Origin: Cenarchaeum sp.
GTDB taxonomy: Archaea > Thermoproteota > Nitrososphaeria > Nitrososphaerales > Nitrosopumilaceae
Length of the DNA: 64,000 bases
NCBI GenBank assembly: GCA_965242695.1
Contig: CBDESU010000001.1
Location: 672,001-736,000, forward strand
Direction: 5' to 3'
The notes under the pieces are model-generated. The model did no database searches. It had not been told where the DNA came from and was given only the letters and a program-made list of their open reading frames with translations. The position numbers and the translations under genes are program-made. Below are positions 50,166-60,664 of this stretch, piece after piece (positions within the stretch are counted from its first letter, which is position 1; each line of letters begins with the position of its first letter).

Positions 50166-53045
50166 ATGGCGGCCATCGAGGGCACGGCGCGCGACCTGCT
50201 CGAAAAGTACCGCCGGGCCGGCGGCGACGGGGCCCGTATCTCAAGGGCGGCCGTGAAGAGGGACTACGTGCTGCCGCTGTTCCGATCCCTCGGCTGGGGC
50301 GCGGAGGACGGCACGGCGGTCGTGGACGAGGCGCGCGCGTCCGGCGGGTCGGTCGACTACGGCCTCAGGGCCGACGGCCTGCCGATGATGTACGTGGCGG
50401 CCCGGGGCATGGGCGCCGAGAGCATGGATAATCGAGAGTGGATCGTGCGCGCCTCGAACTATTCCTGGCTCAAGGCGGCGCCGTGGGCCGTGCTGACAAA
50501 CTTTAGGGTGCTAAAGGTCATCGACGCGAGGGCGAGGGTCTCGACGCCGGCATCCGTGCAGCTCTTCGAGGTGCGGTGCGGCGAGATGCTCGACCCGCGC
50601 AAGCTCGACAGGCTCTATTTGCTGTCTAGGGAGTCCCTTGCGCAGGGCGCGCTCGACGGCGGTGCGCTGGGGCGGGTTCCGTCCGCCTCTTCCGTCCCAG
50701 TCGACAGGTGCCTGGCCATGGACCTGTCCGCGGCGCGCGGGATGCTGGCGCGGTCCATAGCCCGCAACAATCCCGGAGGCATGCCGGAGGAGGAGATCGA
50801 AGAGTCGGCCGAGCGCATCCTGACCAGGCTCGTGTTCGTGCGGGCGCTCGAGGACAGGGGAATGTCCGAGCCGATCCTCATGCCGCTCGCGCTCAGGGCG
50901 GGGAAGCGCCCGGGGGCGCGCGGCGGCGGCCGCAGGGACATGGCGATACGCAACGGGCTGCGCAGGGCGTTCCGCAGGCTCGGCAGGGAGTACGGCTCGG
51001 GCCTGTTCGCGCCGCACCCGTGCGACCGCCTGGACATAACGGACTTTACGCTCGGCGGGGTGATCGACATGCTCCACGCGTCGGAGGTGCAGCTGCAGCG
51101 GTACGACTTTTCCGTCCTCGAGGTCGACGCGCTCGGCGGCATCTACGAGCAGTACCTGGCCGACGACGGCGCGCGGCGCCGGGCGCGCGGCGGGGGCAGG
51201 GGGTCGGGCCGCCTGGCGCACGGCGTATACTACACGCCCGGCGGCATGGTCGGCTTCATGGTCGATGCGCTGGTCGGATACCTTGTGGGGGACGGCCAGG
51301 ATCCAGGCACGATGCGCGTATGCGACCCGTCGTGCGGATCGGGGGCGTTCCTGGTGCGCTGCGCGCGGACGATCGCCGGCGAGAGGTGCAAGGCGGCGGC
51401 CGGGCGCGGGCGCGGCGGGGCCGCCTGCGCCCCGGGCAGCGCCGCGCTCGGGCGCATGACGGCGCGGGCCGCCGCGGAAAACGTCTTTGGGATCGACCTG
51501 GACCCGGACGCGGTTGACAGGGCCCGCCTGAACCTGCTCCTGTGCGGGGCGGGGCGGGGCGCCGGCCGGCAGGACTTTCGCGAGAGCGTCCGGGTGGGAA
51601 ACTCGCTGGTCGGCGCGGCGGCGGGGCCCGGCGTCGAGCCGAACCCGTTCGACTGGGACGGGAGGTTTTCGGACGCGTTCGACGGCATGGTCGGCAACCC
51701 GCCGTACGTCCGCAACAGGCGCATGGGCGCCGATGCGAAGGCGTGGTTCGCCGGCGAGTACGCCAGCGCGGCGGGGCAGTACGACTCGTACGTGCTGTTC
51801 GTGGAAAAGGCGCTTGCAAGGGTGAGGGACGGCGGGTACGTCGCGTTCATCACGCCGAACAAGTACGCGGCGGCGGCGTACGGGGCCGCCCTCAGGCGGC
51901 ACATACTCAAGACTGCCAGCATCAGGATGATCGTCGACGTGTCGGATGCGAGGGTGTTTCCGGATCTGGACGTCTACCCGTGGATAACCGTCCTGCAAAA
52001 GGAGCCGCGGGCCGAAAGGAGGCGATACAATACGGTGCTTGCGGGCCGCCTGGGCCACGGCGGCATGTCCCCGTACGCGTGCAGGTTCGCGCGCATCCCG
52101 CAGGCCGTGTTCGAGGACGACCGCGACAACGTGTTCTATGTGGATGCGCCGGATGGGGGTGGGCGCGGCGGCGGGGCGGCAAAACACGGGGGCGCGCCGG
52201 CGGAACGCAAGGAGGGCGGCGGCCGCGGCGCGCCGTCGGGCGCCGAGCCGCTCGAGGCGGCCGCGCGCCTGCTGGAAAGGGGGGACGGCGCGACGGTCCC
52301 GATGGGGTCGTTCACCATACGCGAGGGCGTGCACATGGGCAACGTCCGCAAAAAGCTGCTCTCGACAGGGGACGGCGGCGGCGCTCTCAGGAAGGCAGTC
52401 GGGGGCAGGGACGTGGGGCGCTACTGCTGCGAGTGGGGCGGCTACTGGCTGGACACGGGGTACGAGCCGGCGGGCGGGGAGTACATGCGCATCGGCGAGC
52501 CGGCGCTCTTCCGCGGCAAAAAGCTGCTCCTGCGCGACATTGCAAGCAGGATCACGGCCTGCTACGACGGCGGCGGGCTGTACCCGCTCAACACCCTCTT
52601 CGTGGTCAGGACGGACCGCCCCGTCGGCGGCGTATCGTACGATCCGCTGTACGTGCTGGCAGTGCTCAACTCGTCGCTCATGTCGTGGCACTTTGCCAGG
52701 AAGTTCGGCGCCACGCACGCGGCAGGCGGATACCTGCGCTACAAGAAGCAGCACGTCGAAAGCCTTCCCATACGGGCAGCGGCGCCGAGGGAGCAGGCGC
52801 CGATAGTAGAGGCGGTCAGGGAGTTGCACAGGCTTGTAAGGAAGAGGGCCCGGGCGGCAGGAGGCGAGGGGTCTGACAGCTGGCGCGGGGCCGACGATGC
52901 CGTGCGGCGGCAGGACGAGATCATCGACGGCATGGTCTTCAGGCTGTACGGCATCGACGGCGAGGCGGCGAGTGCCATACGCCGTGAGGTTCCCGCGGCG
53001 GCGGTCCGCGTAGGGGCGGCGGCGCGAAAGCGGCGCGCCCCGTAG
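50166..53045 (+). CDS. Type IIG/Eco57I-like RM protein (N6-MTase + TaqI-like TRD), nuclease motif degenerate
   Basis: LGGIYEQYL, GVYYTP, DPSCGSGAFL, VGNPPY, LAVLNS. N-terminal VDY...YVAAR where EAK is expected. Confidence 0.85.
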   Translation: MAAIEGTARDLLEKYRRAGGDGARISRAAVKRDYVLPLFRSLGWGAEDGTAVVDEARASGGSVDYGLRADGLPMMYVAARGMGAESMDNREWIVRASNYSWLKAAPWAVLTNFRVLKVIDARARVSTPASVQLFEVRCGEMLDPRKLDRLYLLSRESLAQGALDGGALGRVPSASSVPVDRCLAMDLSAARGMLARSIARNNPGGMPEEEIEESAERILTRLVFVRALEDRGMSEPILMPLALRAGKRPGARGGGRRDMAIRNGLRRAFRRLGREYGSGLFAPHPCDRLDITDFTLGGVIDMLHASEVQLQRYDFSVLEVDALGGIYEQYLADDGARRRARGGGRGSGRLAHGVYYTPGGMVGFMVDALVGYLVGDGQDPGTMRVCDPSCGSGAFLVRCARTIAGERCKAAAGRGRGGAACAPGSAALGRMTARAAAENVFGIDLDPDAVDRARLNLLLCGAGRGAGRQDFRESVRVGNSLVGAAAGPGVEPNPFDWDGRFSDAFDGMVGNPPYVRNRRMGADAKAWFAGEYASAAGQYDSYVLFVEKALARVRDGGYVAFITPNKYAAAAYGAALRRHILKTASIRMIVDVSDARVFPDLDVYPWITVLQKEPRAERRRYNTVLAGRLGHGGMSPYACRFARIPQAVFEDDRDNVFYVDAPDGGGRGGGAAKHGGAPAERKEGGGRGAPSGAEPLEAAARLLERGDGATVPMGSFTIREGVHMGNVRKKLLSTGDGGGALRKAVGGRDVGRYCCEWGGYWLDTGYEPAGGEYMRIGEPALFRGKKLLLRDIASRITACYDGGGLYPLNTLFVVRTDRPVGGVSYDPLYVLAVLNSSLMSWHFARKFGATHAAGGYLRYKKQHVESLPIRAAAPREQAPIVEAVRELHRLVRKRARAAGGEGSDSWRGADDAVRRQDEIIDGMVFRLYGIDGEAASAIRREVPAAAVRVGAAARKRRAP

Positions 53046-53145
53046 GCGGCGGCCCTGCCAGGCGCGCCCATCCGCCGCCGTCCGCGCCCCCTCCGCTCGG
53101 GGCGGCCCCGCGAGTGTTTAAATCAGCCCCGCCCATGCGAGCGCC

Positions 53146-54528
53146 GTGTCGACGCAGATGGCAAGCGCGCGCCGCGGCGTGGCAACCGACGAGATGCGGC
53201 GCGTAGCACGCGACGAGGATGTAGAGGTCGAGTGGCTCGTCCGCCGCATGGCGTCCGGCTCTGTCATCATACCGAGCAACACGGAGCGCCCGCAGAGCAT
53301 ACACAACGTCGGAATCGGCAAGGGCCTCAAGACAAAGGTCAACGTCAACATCGGCACGTCGACCCTCCACGTCGACCTCGACGAGGAGATCGAAAAGGCG
53401 CGCACGGCAGTAAAGTACCACGCCGACACGATCATGGACCTGAGCGACGGCGGCGACGTGGGGGCGATCCGGCGCGCCCTCATGGCCGAGGCGCCGATCA
53501 CGTTCGGGACCGTGCCCGTGTACGACGCGTACAGCGCCGCCGTCGAGGAGCACAAGAACCCGATGCACATGACAGACGACGACTTTCTGGACGCCTTCGA
53601 GCGCAACGCAAGGGACGGCGTAGACTACACCACGGTGCACGCCGGCATCACAAAGGACATTGCGCGGCGCATACTGGCGACGCGGCGGCACGGCGGCGTC
53701 GTGAGCAAGGGCGGGACGATAACGGCCGCCTGGATGCTAAAGCACGACCGCGAAAACCCCTACTACGAGCACTTTGACCGCCTGATAGAGACGGCGCGCA
53801 AGTACGACGTGACGTTCAGCCTCGGAGATGCCCTCCGGCCGGGCTCTATACTCGACTCGCACGACGAGCTGCAGGTGCAGGAGATGATCAACGTCGCCCG
53901 CCTGACGCGCCGCGCCCACGAGGGCGACGTCCAGGTGATGGTCGAGGGGCCCGGCCACGTCCCGCTCAACGAGGTCGCCGCCAACGTGCGCCTTGCAAAG
54001 TCGCTCATCGGCGACGTGCCGTACTACGTGCTGGGCCCACTGGTGACGGACGTAGCGTCGGGCCACGACCACATCGCGAGCGCCATCGGGGCGGCCGTCT
54101 CGGCCAGCGAGGGTGTCGACCTGCTGTGCTACCTGACGCCGTCCGAGCACCTGGCCCTGCCCAACGCCGACGAGGTAAAGGCCGGCCTGATCGCGTACCG
54201 TATTGCCGCGCATGCCGGCGACCTTGTAAAGATCCGGGAAAAGGCCATAAAGTGGGACGAAAAGATGACCGAGGCGCGGCGCACGCTAGACTGGGAGGCG
54301 CAGCTTGCGCTGTCGATAGACCCCGAGGAGGCCGCCCGCATACACGCCAGGACGGGGCAGCACCCGGGGAACAACGTGCCGTGCACGATGTGCGGCGGCG
54401 CGTGCGTGTACATCATGCTGCCGCAGCAGCAGAGGCGGCGGGAGCCTGGGCGCGAGGACGATGAGGAGCCGCGCGGGAAGGTCCAGAAAAAACGCCCCGA
54501 GGCCGTCGCGGTGGCGGGCGCGGGATGA
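53146..54528 (+). CDS. thiC: Phosphomethylpyrimidine synthase
   Basis: KVNVNIGTS, MDLS.GGD, GTVPVY, SLGDALRPG, EGPGHVP, CTMCG..C. Confidence 0.97.
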   Translation: MSTQMASARRGVATDEMRRVARDEDVEVEWLVRRMASGSVIIPSNTERPQSIHNVGIGKGLKTKVNVNIGTSTLHVDLDEEIEKARTAVKYHADTIMDLSDGGDVGAIRRALMAEAPITFGTVPVYDAYSAAVEEHKNPMHMTDDDFLDAFERNARDGVDYTTVHAGITKDIARRILATRRHGGVVSKGGTITAAWMLKHDRENPYYEHFDRLIETARKYDVTFSLGDALRPGSILDSHDELQVQEMINVARLTRRAHEGDVQVMVEGPGHVPLNEVAANVRLAKSLIGDVPYYVLGPLVTDVASGHDHIASAIGAAVSASEGVDLLCYLTPSEHLALPNADEVKAGLIAYRIAAHAGDLVKIREKAIKWDEKMTEARRTLDWEAQLALSIDPEEAARIHARTGQHPGNNVPCTMCGGACVYIMLPQQQRRREPGREDDEEPRGKVQKKRPEAVAVAGAG

Positions 54529-55367
54529 CGGCCCGGCGGCGCCCGGCGCCGGCCCCGCATATGGTCTGCGGGGCCGCAGATGCGACGGTGGGCCCCTTTC
54601 CGCGCCGAATCAAGCCTATGGCCTTTGCGTACTCGCTGCCGCGCGCCCCCTCCTACCGCTTCCGCGACATGCCGTCGGTCGCGCGCGTCTCCGAGGCGAC
54701 GGCGCGCCGGAGGGTCGACGAGCTTGTCGAGATGGGGCTGGCCGAGCGCGGGAGCGGCTCGTTTACGGTGCGCCACGATGCCGCCTGCCAGCCGATCGAG
54801 ATACTCGATGCCATGTACCCGTCGCTGCTCGCGCTCGGGCGCGCCAGGCGCTTTGCGGGGCCCCGAGGCACCTCGGGCATCGCATTTGCACGGCGGCACC
54901 TCCCGCCGTGGTCGTTCGTCACGCTGGACTACCCGCTAGCCAGGCTGACCGGCTACCGGCCGGCCAGGGACTACTGCGCGTACGTCGACGACCAGGCGGC
55001 GTTCGCATCGCTCCTGCTGGAAAACGGCTTTCGGGAGGATCGTACGGGGAGGATCGTCATAATGCCCAAGATGGGCAAGTTCGGCGACAGGAAGCTGCGC
55101 CTCTTCCTCGACTGCCTCGCCGCCGGGGGGCCGCTGTGCGCCGGCGCCGTCGAGCTCTACATACTGTATGGCAACAAGCTGCCGCAGCGGGCTGTGCTCG
55201 ACGCGGACAGCATCCTCGAGGTGCTGCACCGAGACCCGTCGCTTGTCCGCCGCGTGGCGCCCGAGCCGTGCGTGTGCGGCTCCTGCCGGTGGTGCAAGAA
55301 CTACAAGGCGATGTGGGAGCCGTGGAAGGCGGCGCTTGAGTCTGGATCTGCAAAGGAGTTTAAATAG
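54525..55367 (+). CDS. wHTH protein, AbiEi-like antitoxin paralog 1
   Basis: VSEATARRRVDELVEMGL HTH; paralog of the next gene; ATGA overlap with thiC stop. Confidence 0.55.
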   Translation: MTARRRPAPAPHMVCGAADATVGPFPRRIKPMAFAYSLPRAPSYRFRDMPSVARVSEATARRRVDELVEMGLAERGSGSFTVRHDAACQPIEILDAMYPSLLALGRARRFAGPRGTSGIAFARRHLPPWSFVTLDYPLARLTGYRPARDYCAYVDDQAAFASLLLENGFREDRTGRIVIMPKMGKFGDRKLRLFLDCLAAGGPLCAGAVELYILYGNKLPQRAVLDADSILEVLHRDPSLVRRVAPEPCVCGSCRWCKNYKAMWEPWKAALESGSAKEFK

Positions 55368-55370
55368 GCC

Positions 55371-56090
55371 ATGCGGACACTTGGCATCATGGAGGCGGCG
55401 AGCGACACTGTCCGCAAGTATGAAGAGGCAGTTGCCTTTGTGCGGCTCTTGCCGCGCCACCTGAGCTACCGCTTCCGCGACATGCCTTCAACCGTCGGCG
55501 TCTCCGAGGCGACGGCCCGCGGTATGATCGACGAGCTGGCAAAGGTGGGACTGGCCGAGCGGCGGAACGGCTACTTTTGGGTGCGCGACGATATCCTCTG
55601 CCACCCGATCGAGGCCCTCAAGGCCATCCGCCCGTCGCTCCTTGCACTTTCGCGCGCCCGGCGCTTTGCCAGGCGCCGCAACGGCTCTGACCTTACCTTT
55701 GCAAGGCGACACCTCCCGCCGGGGTCGTTCGTCACCCTCGACTACCCGCTCGCTAGGCTGACCGACTATCAGACCGCATGGAACTACTATGTGTGCGTCG
55801 ACGACCCCGATGCATTTGCCTCGCTCCTAGAGGACAACGGTTTTCAGGAGGATAAACTGGGAAGGGTCGTCGTAGTGCCCAAGATCGGCCGGTTTGACAA
55901 CAAAAAGGAGCGACTCGTCCTCGACTGCCTTGCTGACGGGGGGCGGGGCTACTGCGACGCCATAGCACTTTTGATTCTGCGCCTCCGCTCGTCGCCCGTG
56001 CGCGCCGCGTTCACCACCAACGAGATGAACGACGTTCTGCGCAACCTTCCCCACACGAGGGCCTACCCGTCCAGCATGGTGGCCGCATGA
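55371..56090 (+). CDS. wHTH protein, AbiEi-like antitoxin paralog 2
   Basis: VSEATARGMIDELAKVGL, SFVTLDYPL, ERLVLDCL. Confidence 0.6.
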   Translation: MRTLGIMEAASDTVRKYEEAVAFVRLLPRHLSYRFRDMPSTVGVSEATARGMIDELAKVGLAERRNGYFWVRDDILCHPIEALKAIRPSLLALSRARRFARRRNGSDLTFARRHLPPGSFVTLDYPLARLTDYQTAWNYYVCVDDPDAFASLLEDNGFQEDKLGRVVVVPKIGRFDNKKERLVLDCLADGGRGYCDAIALLILRLRSSPVRAAFTTNEMNDVLRNLPHTRAYPSSMVAA

Positions 56091-56584
56091 ACCGCATCCT
56101 GTAAGAGGCCCTTGAAATTTCGCGGGAGTTCGAGTCTGCCACGTTTGTCGGGGCCGTTGCGGTAATACTGCACACAGAAGAGAAGAGGCGGACGCACGAT
56201 CTCGACTTCGCGGTGAGGGGAAAAATCGAGGACGACGAGTATGCCGATCTTGGATACGTCGTGGACATTCATACGCGCAAGAAGTACTCGCCTCGCGGAT
56301 ATCCGATCGATGTCTACGATCGCAGAGTGGTCAACGACATACCGCTAGACTACATACTGGACAAGGCCAAGACGTTTTTTGTTGGGGGCGGGAGGATCAG
56401 GGCCATCTCCCTCGAGGGCCTCATTGTATCCAAGATTCGGTCAGGGCGACCCAAGGACAAAATGGATGTGAGGCTCATTGTCAGAAAGTGCGGGGAGGAC
56501 ATCGACTGGGACGAGATTGCCCTCCTGTCAAAGCACGACGTCGAGCTTGCCGAGATACGCCGTGATCTGGGCGAGATGATGTAG
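56087..56584 (+). pseudogene. Nucleotidyltransferase (AbiEii/DUF6036-like) with TAA at codon 6
   Basis: ATG 56087 MNRIL*EALE...FVGAVAVILH...RTHDLDF...LEGLIVSKI..GRPKDKMD. Confidence 0.75.
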
Positions 56585-56636
56585 GGATCACCCTTGCGCC
56601 CTCCTCAGCCCGCCTCGCACTTGCCGCGCCAGCCGC

Positions 56637-57104
56637 TCACGCGCCCAAGAGCCCGCCTACGACCTCGCCTAGCCTCGGCACGGTCTCGTATTCGCCCAGG
56701 CAGTCGCGCCCGACCCACGCATACTCGGAGTTTTCCCAGTTGAGGACGACGCGCCGCGAGCGCGCCTCGAACAGGAACGGGTTGACCTCCCAGCCGGCCC
56801 GCGGGCGCCTGCCGTCCGCCGGATCGTCGATGCGCAGCGGCTCGCCGGAGCGCACCAGCGAAACGTCGCCCGGCTCCATTCCGACCTCCTCGCCAATCTC
56901 GGCCAGGGCCCTGTCGACGGCCGCCTCGCCGCCCTCGATCACGCCGCTCACGCACGACCACATGCCGGCCATCGTGCTCATGCGCGCGCTCCGCCTCACC
57001 AAAAGTATTCGGCCGCCGTTCGTCAGTACGGCGGTCGCCACGCGCACGTAGGATCTGCCCGGGGATTCCGCGCCCCTGGAATTGTTCGGGACGCGCCCCT
57101 GCAT
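56637..57104 (-). CDS. NUDIX hydrolase
   Basis: SGVIEGGE...ALAEIGEEVG, LNWENSEYAW. Confidence 0.85.
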   Translation of the reverse strand: MQGRVPNNSRGAESPGRSYVRVATAVLTNGGRILLVRRSARMSTMAGMWSCVSGVIEGGEAAVDRALAEIGEEVGMEPGDVSLVRSGEPLRIDDPADGRRPRAGWEVNPFLFEARSRRVVLNWENSEYAWVGRDCLGEYETVPRLGEVVGGLLGA

Positions 57105-57116
57105 CTGGCCGCCGAC

Positions 57117-57977
57117 CTACTTTTTCTCGACAAGGGCGGCCATGCGCACCATCTTTGCGTACGACGCGTCGAGATCTGTGCTTCCCCCGAGCCTCTCCTT
57201 GCATGCGTTGACGTACCCGATGATCTCGTCGGTCTTGCCCTCCTGCACGTCGGTGAGCAGCCTGCCGACGTCCTTCCAAAAGTCCTCGGCGGTCCGGCGC
57301 AGCTCGGGGTTCGAGATTATGGTCTCGATCAGCTCGGGCGACTCGGTCATGATGGCCTCGGCCAGCGTGCGCTGCACCCTGAACGTCGCGCCGGACATCT
57401 TGTCGGTCAGGTTGCTCTTCTCGTCCTTTGAGAGTATGTTGGCAAAGACGAGGTTGACCATGTGCGTGAGGCCGAGTATGACGGCGATCTTCTTGTCGTG
57501 CTCGGCCGCGTCGATCGTGACAAAGTTGGCGTCGGGGAACAGCTCGCGCGCGACGGCGAGCTCCTTCTTTGCGTCCTTTACGGGGATGGATATGATGTTC
57601 TTGCCCCTGACCTGCTTGGTGCCGGGGCCAAACATCGGGTGGATGCACATCGGGTTGATCTTTGCGGGCATCTTCGAGAGGGCCGATATCGTGCGCGACT
57701 TTTGCGACGATATCTCGATGAGGTACGTCCCGCGCCTCATCTCCTTGGCGATGAGGCGTATGATCTCGGGGGTGCGCCTCGTCGGCGTGCACAGCACCGC
57801 ATAGTCGACGCGCAGGACCGACCCGACGAGCGAGCTGCCCTGCTTTATGGCCTTGTCGGTGATCTCCGCCTCGCTGTCAAAGCCGGTCACGTCGTAGCCG
57901 CGCCCGGCAAAGTACTTTGCAAACCAGCGGCCCATGTCGCCGCCGGCGCCGATCACGGCGATCTTCTTGGCCGTCAT
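57117..57977 (-). CDS. tyrA: Prephenate dehydrogenase
   Basis: IGAGGDMG, IHPMFGPG, EHDKKIA...LTH. Confidence 0.9.
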   Translation of the reverse strand: MTAKKIAVIGAGGDMGRWFAKYFAGRGYDVTGFDSEAEITDKAIKQGSSLVGSVLRVDYAVLCTPTRRTPEIIRLIAKEMRRGTYLIEISSQKSRTISALSKMPAKINPMCIHPMFGPGTKQVRGKNIISIPVKDAKKELAVARELFPDANFVTIDAAEHDKKIAVILGLTHMVNLVFANILSKDEKSNLTDKMSGATFRVQRTLAEAIMTESPELIETIISNPELRRTAEDFWKDVGRLLTDVQEGKTDEIIGYVNACKERLGGSTDLDASYAKMVRMAALVEKK

Positions 57978-59533
57978 GCCCCGGACCCGCCTCCTGCGGC
58001 TCCGCCGGGGCCGCCGCCCAGGCCGGGGCCGCCGCCGATCGCCGCCCCCAGTGTGGCGACCGCCGAGGCGATCGCATCCTCGCCGACGCATGCCGCCAGC
58101 CTGACGAATCCTCCGTACGTAGTGCCGTCCGTGCCGAACCCCGCTCCCGGCGCGACTCCCAAGCCGTGCTCTAAAAGTGTGTTGGCTAGCCGCGCGCCGT
58201 CAAAGGCGCGCCCCCCGCGCCCGCGCGCGAACAGGTACATGCCCCCGTCGGGGCGGGCGAACTCTAGGCCCGCGGCCTCGGCGGCGGCGCACATGGCGTC
58301 GATGCGGCCGCGCACCGTCCCGGCGTTCGAGGCCGACGCGCCAGACCCGAGGGCCCTCAGGGCCGCGTACTGCACGGGGGACGGCACGCTCGTCATGCAC
58401 AGCGCCTGGAGCGACGACATGGCGGCAATGTCGCCGGCCGGCCCGACGGCGTACCCCACGCGGAACCCCGTCATGGCATGCGACTTTGAGAACGAGTTGA
58501 CCGCGATGCAGCGGGGGAGGCCGCATGCCGTCGGGGCCGCCGCGCCCGCCCCTGCCCCGGCCCCCGCCGCGCCGCCGCCAGGCCCGAACACGTACCCCGA
58601 GTAGACCTCGTCGCTTACGAGGCGCAGGCCGCGGTCGGCGGCGATGGCGGCGATCTCGCCGAGCATGCGCTGCGGGACGACCTTCCCCGTGGGGTTGTTT
58701 GGGTAGTTTACGACGATCATCGCGGCCCGCGGCCCCGACGCGGCCCGCTCGATCTCGCCGATGTCCGGCTCCCACCGCCCCTCGAGCGTGGTGCGGACGG
58801 GGCGGACGGATGCGCCGGCGCGCCGCACCAGGTCGGCGTACGCGGGCCACGCGGGCTCTACCACGACGACCTCGTCGCCGGGCGCGAGCAGCGACGCGGT
58901 CGCAAGGTAGATTGCGAATCGCGCGCCGGCGGTAACCATGACGTTTTCCCGGGAGACAGAAAGGCCGCATGCCTCCGAGGCGCGCGCTGCGAGCGCATCG
59001 CGCAGCTCGGCCGCGCCGGCGGGCGGGCCGTACCCCCGCCGGCCGGTGCGGCACGCCTCGGACAGGGCCGCGACGGCCTCTTCGGGCGGCCCAAAGTCGG
59101 GCTCGCCGACCTCCATGTGCACCATCGGCCGCCCCTGCTCCTCGAGCTGCCTGGCCCTGAGGAATATCGATGCGGGGGACGGGCGGTCTGAGGCGGACGC
59201 CGCGGCGGCAGCCGCGGAAGGCGGCCCGCCGCGGCCTCTGGCCGGCGCCGCCTGGATCCTGACCGACTCGGAGAAGAGCAGGTCGAGGAGGCGGCCGCCG
59301 GCGCGCGCATCGGCGCCGATCCGCATGCACTCTGCGTCGACCCTCCGGCGGAGTGTCTCCTCGCGCCGCGCGTCGGGTATTGCGATTCCCGCATCCCTCT
59401 TGGCCTCCCCTATCCGCGCGGCTATGTCGGCGCGCTCCTTTAGCAACCCGACCATCTCTAGGGTAACCTCGTCGATGCGGTCGCGCAGGGGGCCGATCGC
59501 GCCGGCGCCGCCCCGCGTTCCGGCGCCGGCCAT
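57974..59533 (-). CDS. Chorismate mutase domain fused to class I aminotransferase
   Basis: LRDRIDEV...IGEAK...RE (AroQ), GEPDF, NYPNNPTG, SDEVY, SFSKSHAMTGFRVGY. Confidence 0.88.
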   Translation of the reverse strand: MAGAGTRGGAGAIGPLRDRIDEVTLEMVGLLKERADIAARIGEAKRDAGIAIPDARREETLRRRVDAECMRIGADARAGGRLLDLLFSESVRIQAAPARGRGGPPSAAAAAASASDRPSPASIFLRARQLEEQGRPMVHMEVGEPDFGPPEEAVAALSEACRTGRRGYGPPAGAAELRDALAARASEACGLSVSRENVMVTAGARFAIYLATASLLAPGDEVVVVEPAWPAYADLVRRAGASVRPVRTTLEGRWEPDIGEIERAASGPRAAMIVVNYPNNPTGKVVPQRMLGEIAAIAADRGLRLVSDEVYSGYVFGPGGGAAGAGAGAGAAAPTACGLPRCIAVNSFSKSHAMTGFRVGYAVGPAGDIAAMSSLQALCMTSVPSPVQYAALRALGSGASASNAGTVRGRIDAMCAAAEAAGLEFARPDGGMYLFARGRGGRAFDGARLANTLLEHGLGVAPGAGFGTDGTTYGGFVRLAACVGEDAIASAVATLGAAIGGGPGLGGGPGGAAGGGSGA

Positions 59534-59534
59534 C

Positions 59535-60638
59535 TCACAGCACCGGCCCGACCGCGCCGGCAAGCAGGGCGTGGTCAGCTACTGCGAGCGAGACGAGGGC
59601 GTCGACTACGGGGGGCGCGCGCGGCACCACGCACGGGTCGTGCCTGCCGCGCACGCGCAGGACGGCAGGCCTCTTTGTCGCCATGTCGACGGTGCGCTGC
59701 GGCCTTGCGATCGACGATGCCGGCTTGAACGCGACCCTCATCGTAACGGGCATGCCCGTCGAGAGGCCGCCGAGTATGCCGCCGGCGTTGTTCGTGCGCG
59801 TCTTTACGGATCCGTCCCTGGCGATGCGGTACGGGTCGTTGTTCTGCGAGCCGCGCAGGGCCGAGCCGGCAAACCCCGACCCGAACTCGACGCCCTTGAC
59901 CGACGGTATAGAGAACATCGCCCTGCCGATGTCCGACTCTAGCGAGCCGAATATGGGCTCGCCGAGGCCCGCGGGCAGGCCCTCGGTGGCCGACTCGATA
60001 ATCCCGCCGAGCGAGTCGCCGTCCCTCTTGGCTGCGAGTATCGCCTCGCGCATGCGCCTTGACGCGGCGGGGTCGGGGCACCGCACGTCGCTTGCGTATA
60101 TGGACCGGTCGGGGCGCACGCGCGGCCCGCCTCCCCCGCCCATGCCGATCCCGCCGATCTCCGCCGTGTACGAGCACGTCCGCACGCCGAGCGCCTCGGA
60201 GAGGAGCTTTCTTGCGACGGCGCCGCCCATTACATGCGTTGCGGTCAGCCTGCCCGAGAAGATGCCGCCGCCGCGGTGGTCGTTGTGGCCGCCGTACTTT
60301 GCCATCGCCGGATAGTCCGAGTGGCCCGGCCTGACGACGCGCTCGAGCTCGTCGTACGCGTCCGACCTCTGGTCGGCGTTGCGAACCGCCATGGCGATCG
60401 GCGCGCCGGTGGTCCTTCCGCGGAACACGCCGGACATGATCTCGACCCTGTCGTCCTCCTTTCGGGCCGTCGTCACGCCCGACTGCCCTGGCCGCCGCCT
60501 GTCGAGCATCGGCTGCACGTCGGCCTCGGAGAGGGCAAGGCCGGCGGGGCAGCCCGACAGGACGGCGCCGACGCAGGGGCCGTGGCTCTCGCCAAAGCTT
60601 GTCAGGACGAGGCGCCTGCCTAGCGAGCTGCCTAGCAT
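59535..60638 (-). CDS. aroC: Chorismate synthase
   Basis: FGESHG, RPGHSD, GGILGGLS, GRHDPCV. Confidence 0.97.
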   Translation of the reverse strand: MLGSSLGRRLVLTSFGESHGPCVGAVLSGCPAGLALSEADVQPMLDRRRPGQSGVTTARKEDDRVEIMSGVFRGRTTGAPIAMAVRNADQRSDAYDELERVVRPGHSDYPAMAKYGGHNDHRGGGIFSGRLTATHVMGGAVARKLLSEALGVRTCSYTAEIGGIGMGGGGGPRVRPDRSIYASDVRCPDPAASRRMREAILAAKRDGDSLGGIIESATEGLPAGLGEPIFGSLESDIGRAMFSIPSVKGVEFGSGFAGSALRGSQNNDPYRIARDGSVKTRTNNAGGILGGLSTGMPVTMRVAFKPASSIARPQRTVDMATKRPAVLRVRGRHDPCVVPRAPPVVDALVSLAVADHALLAGAVGPVL

Positions 60639-60664
60639 GCGCGCGGTGCGCGGGCGGGGCGCTT

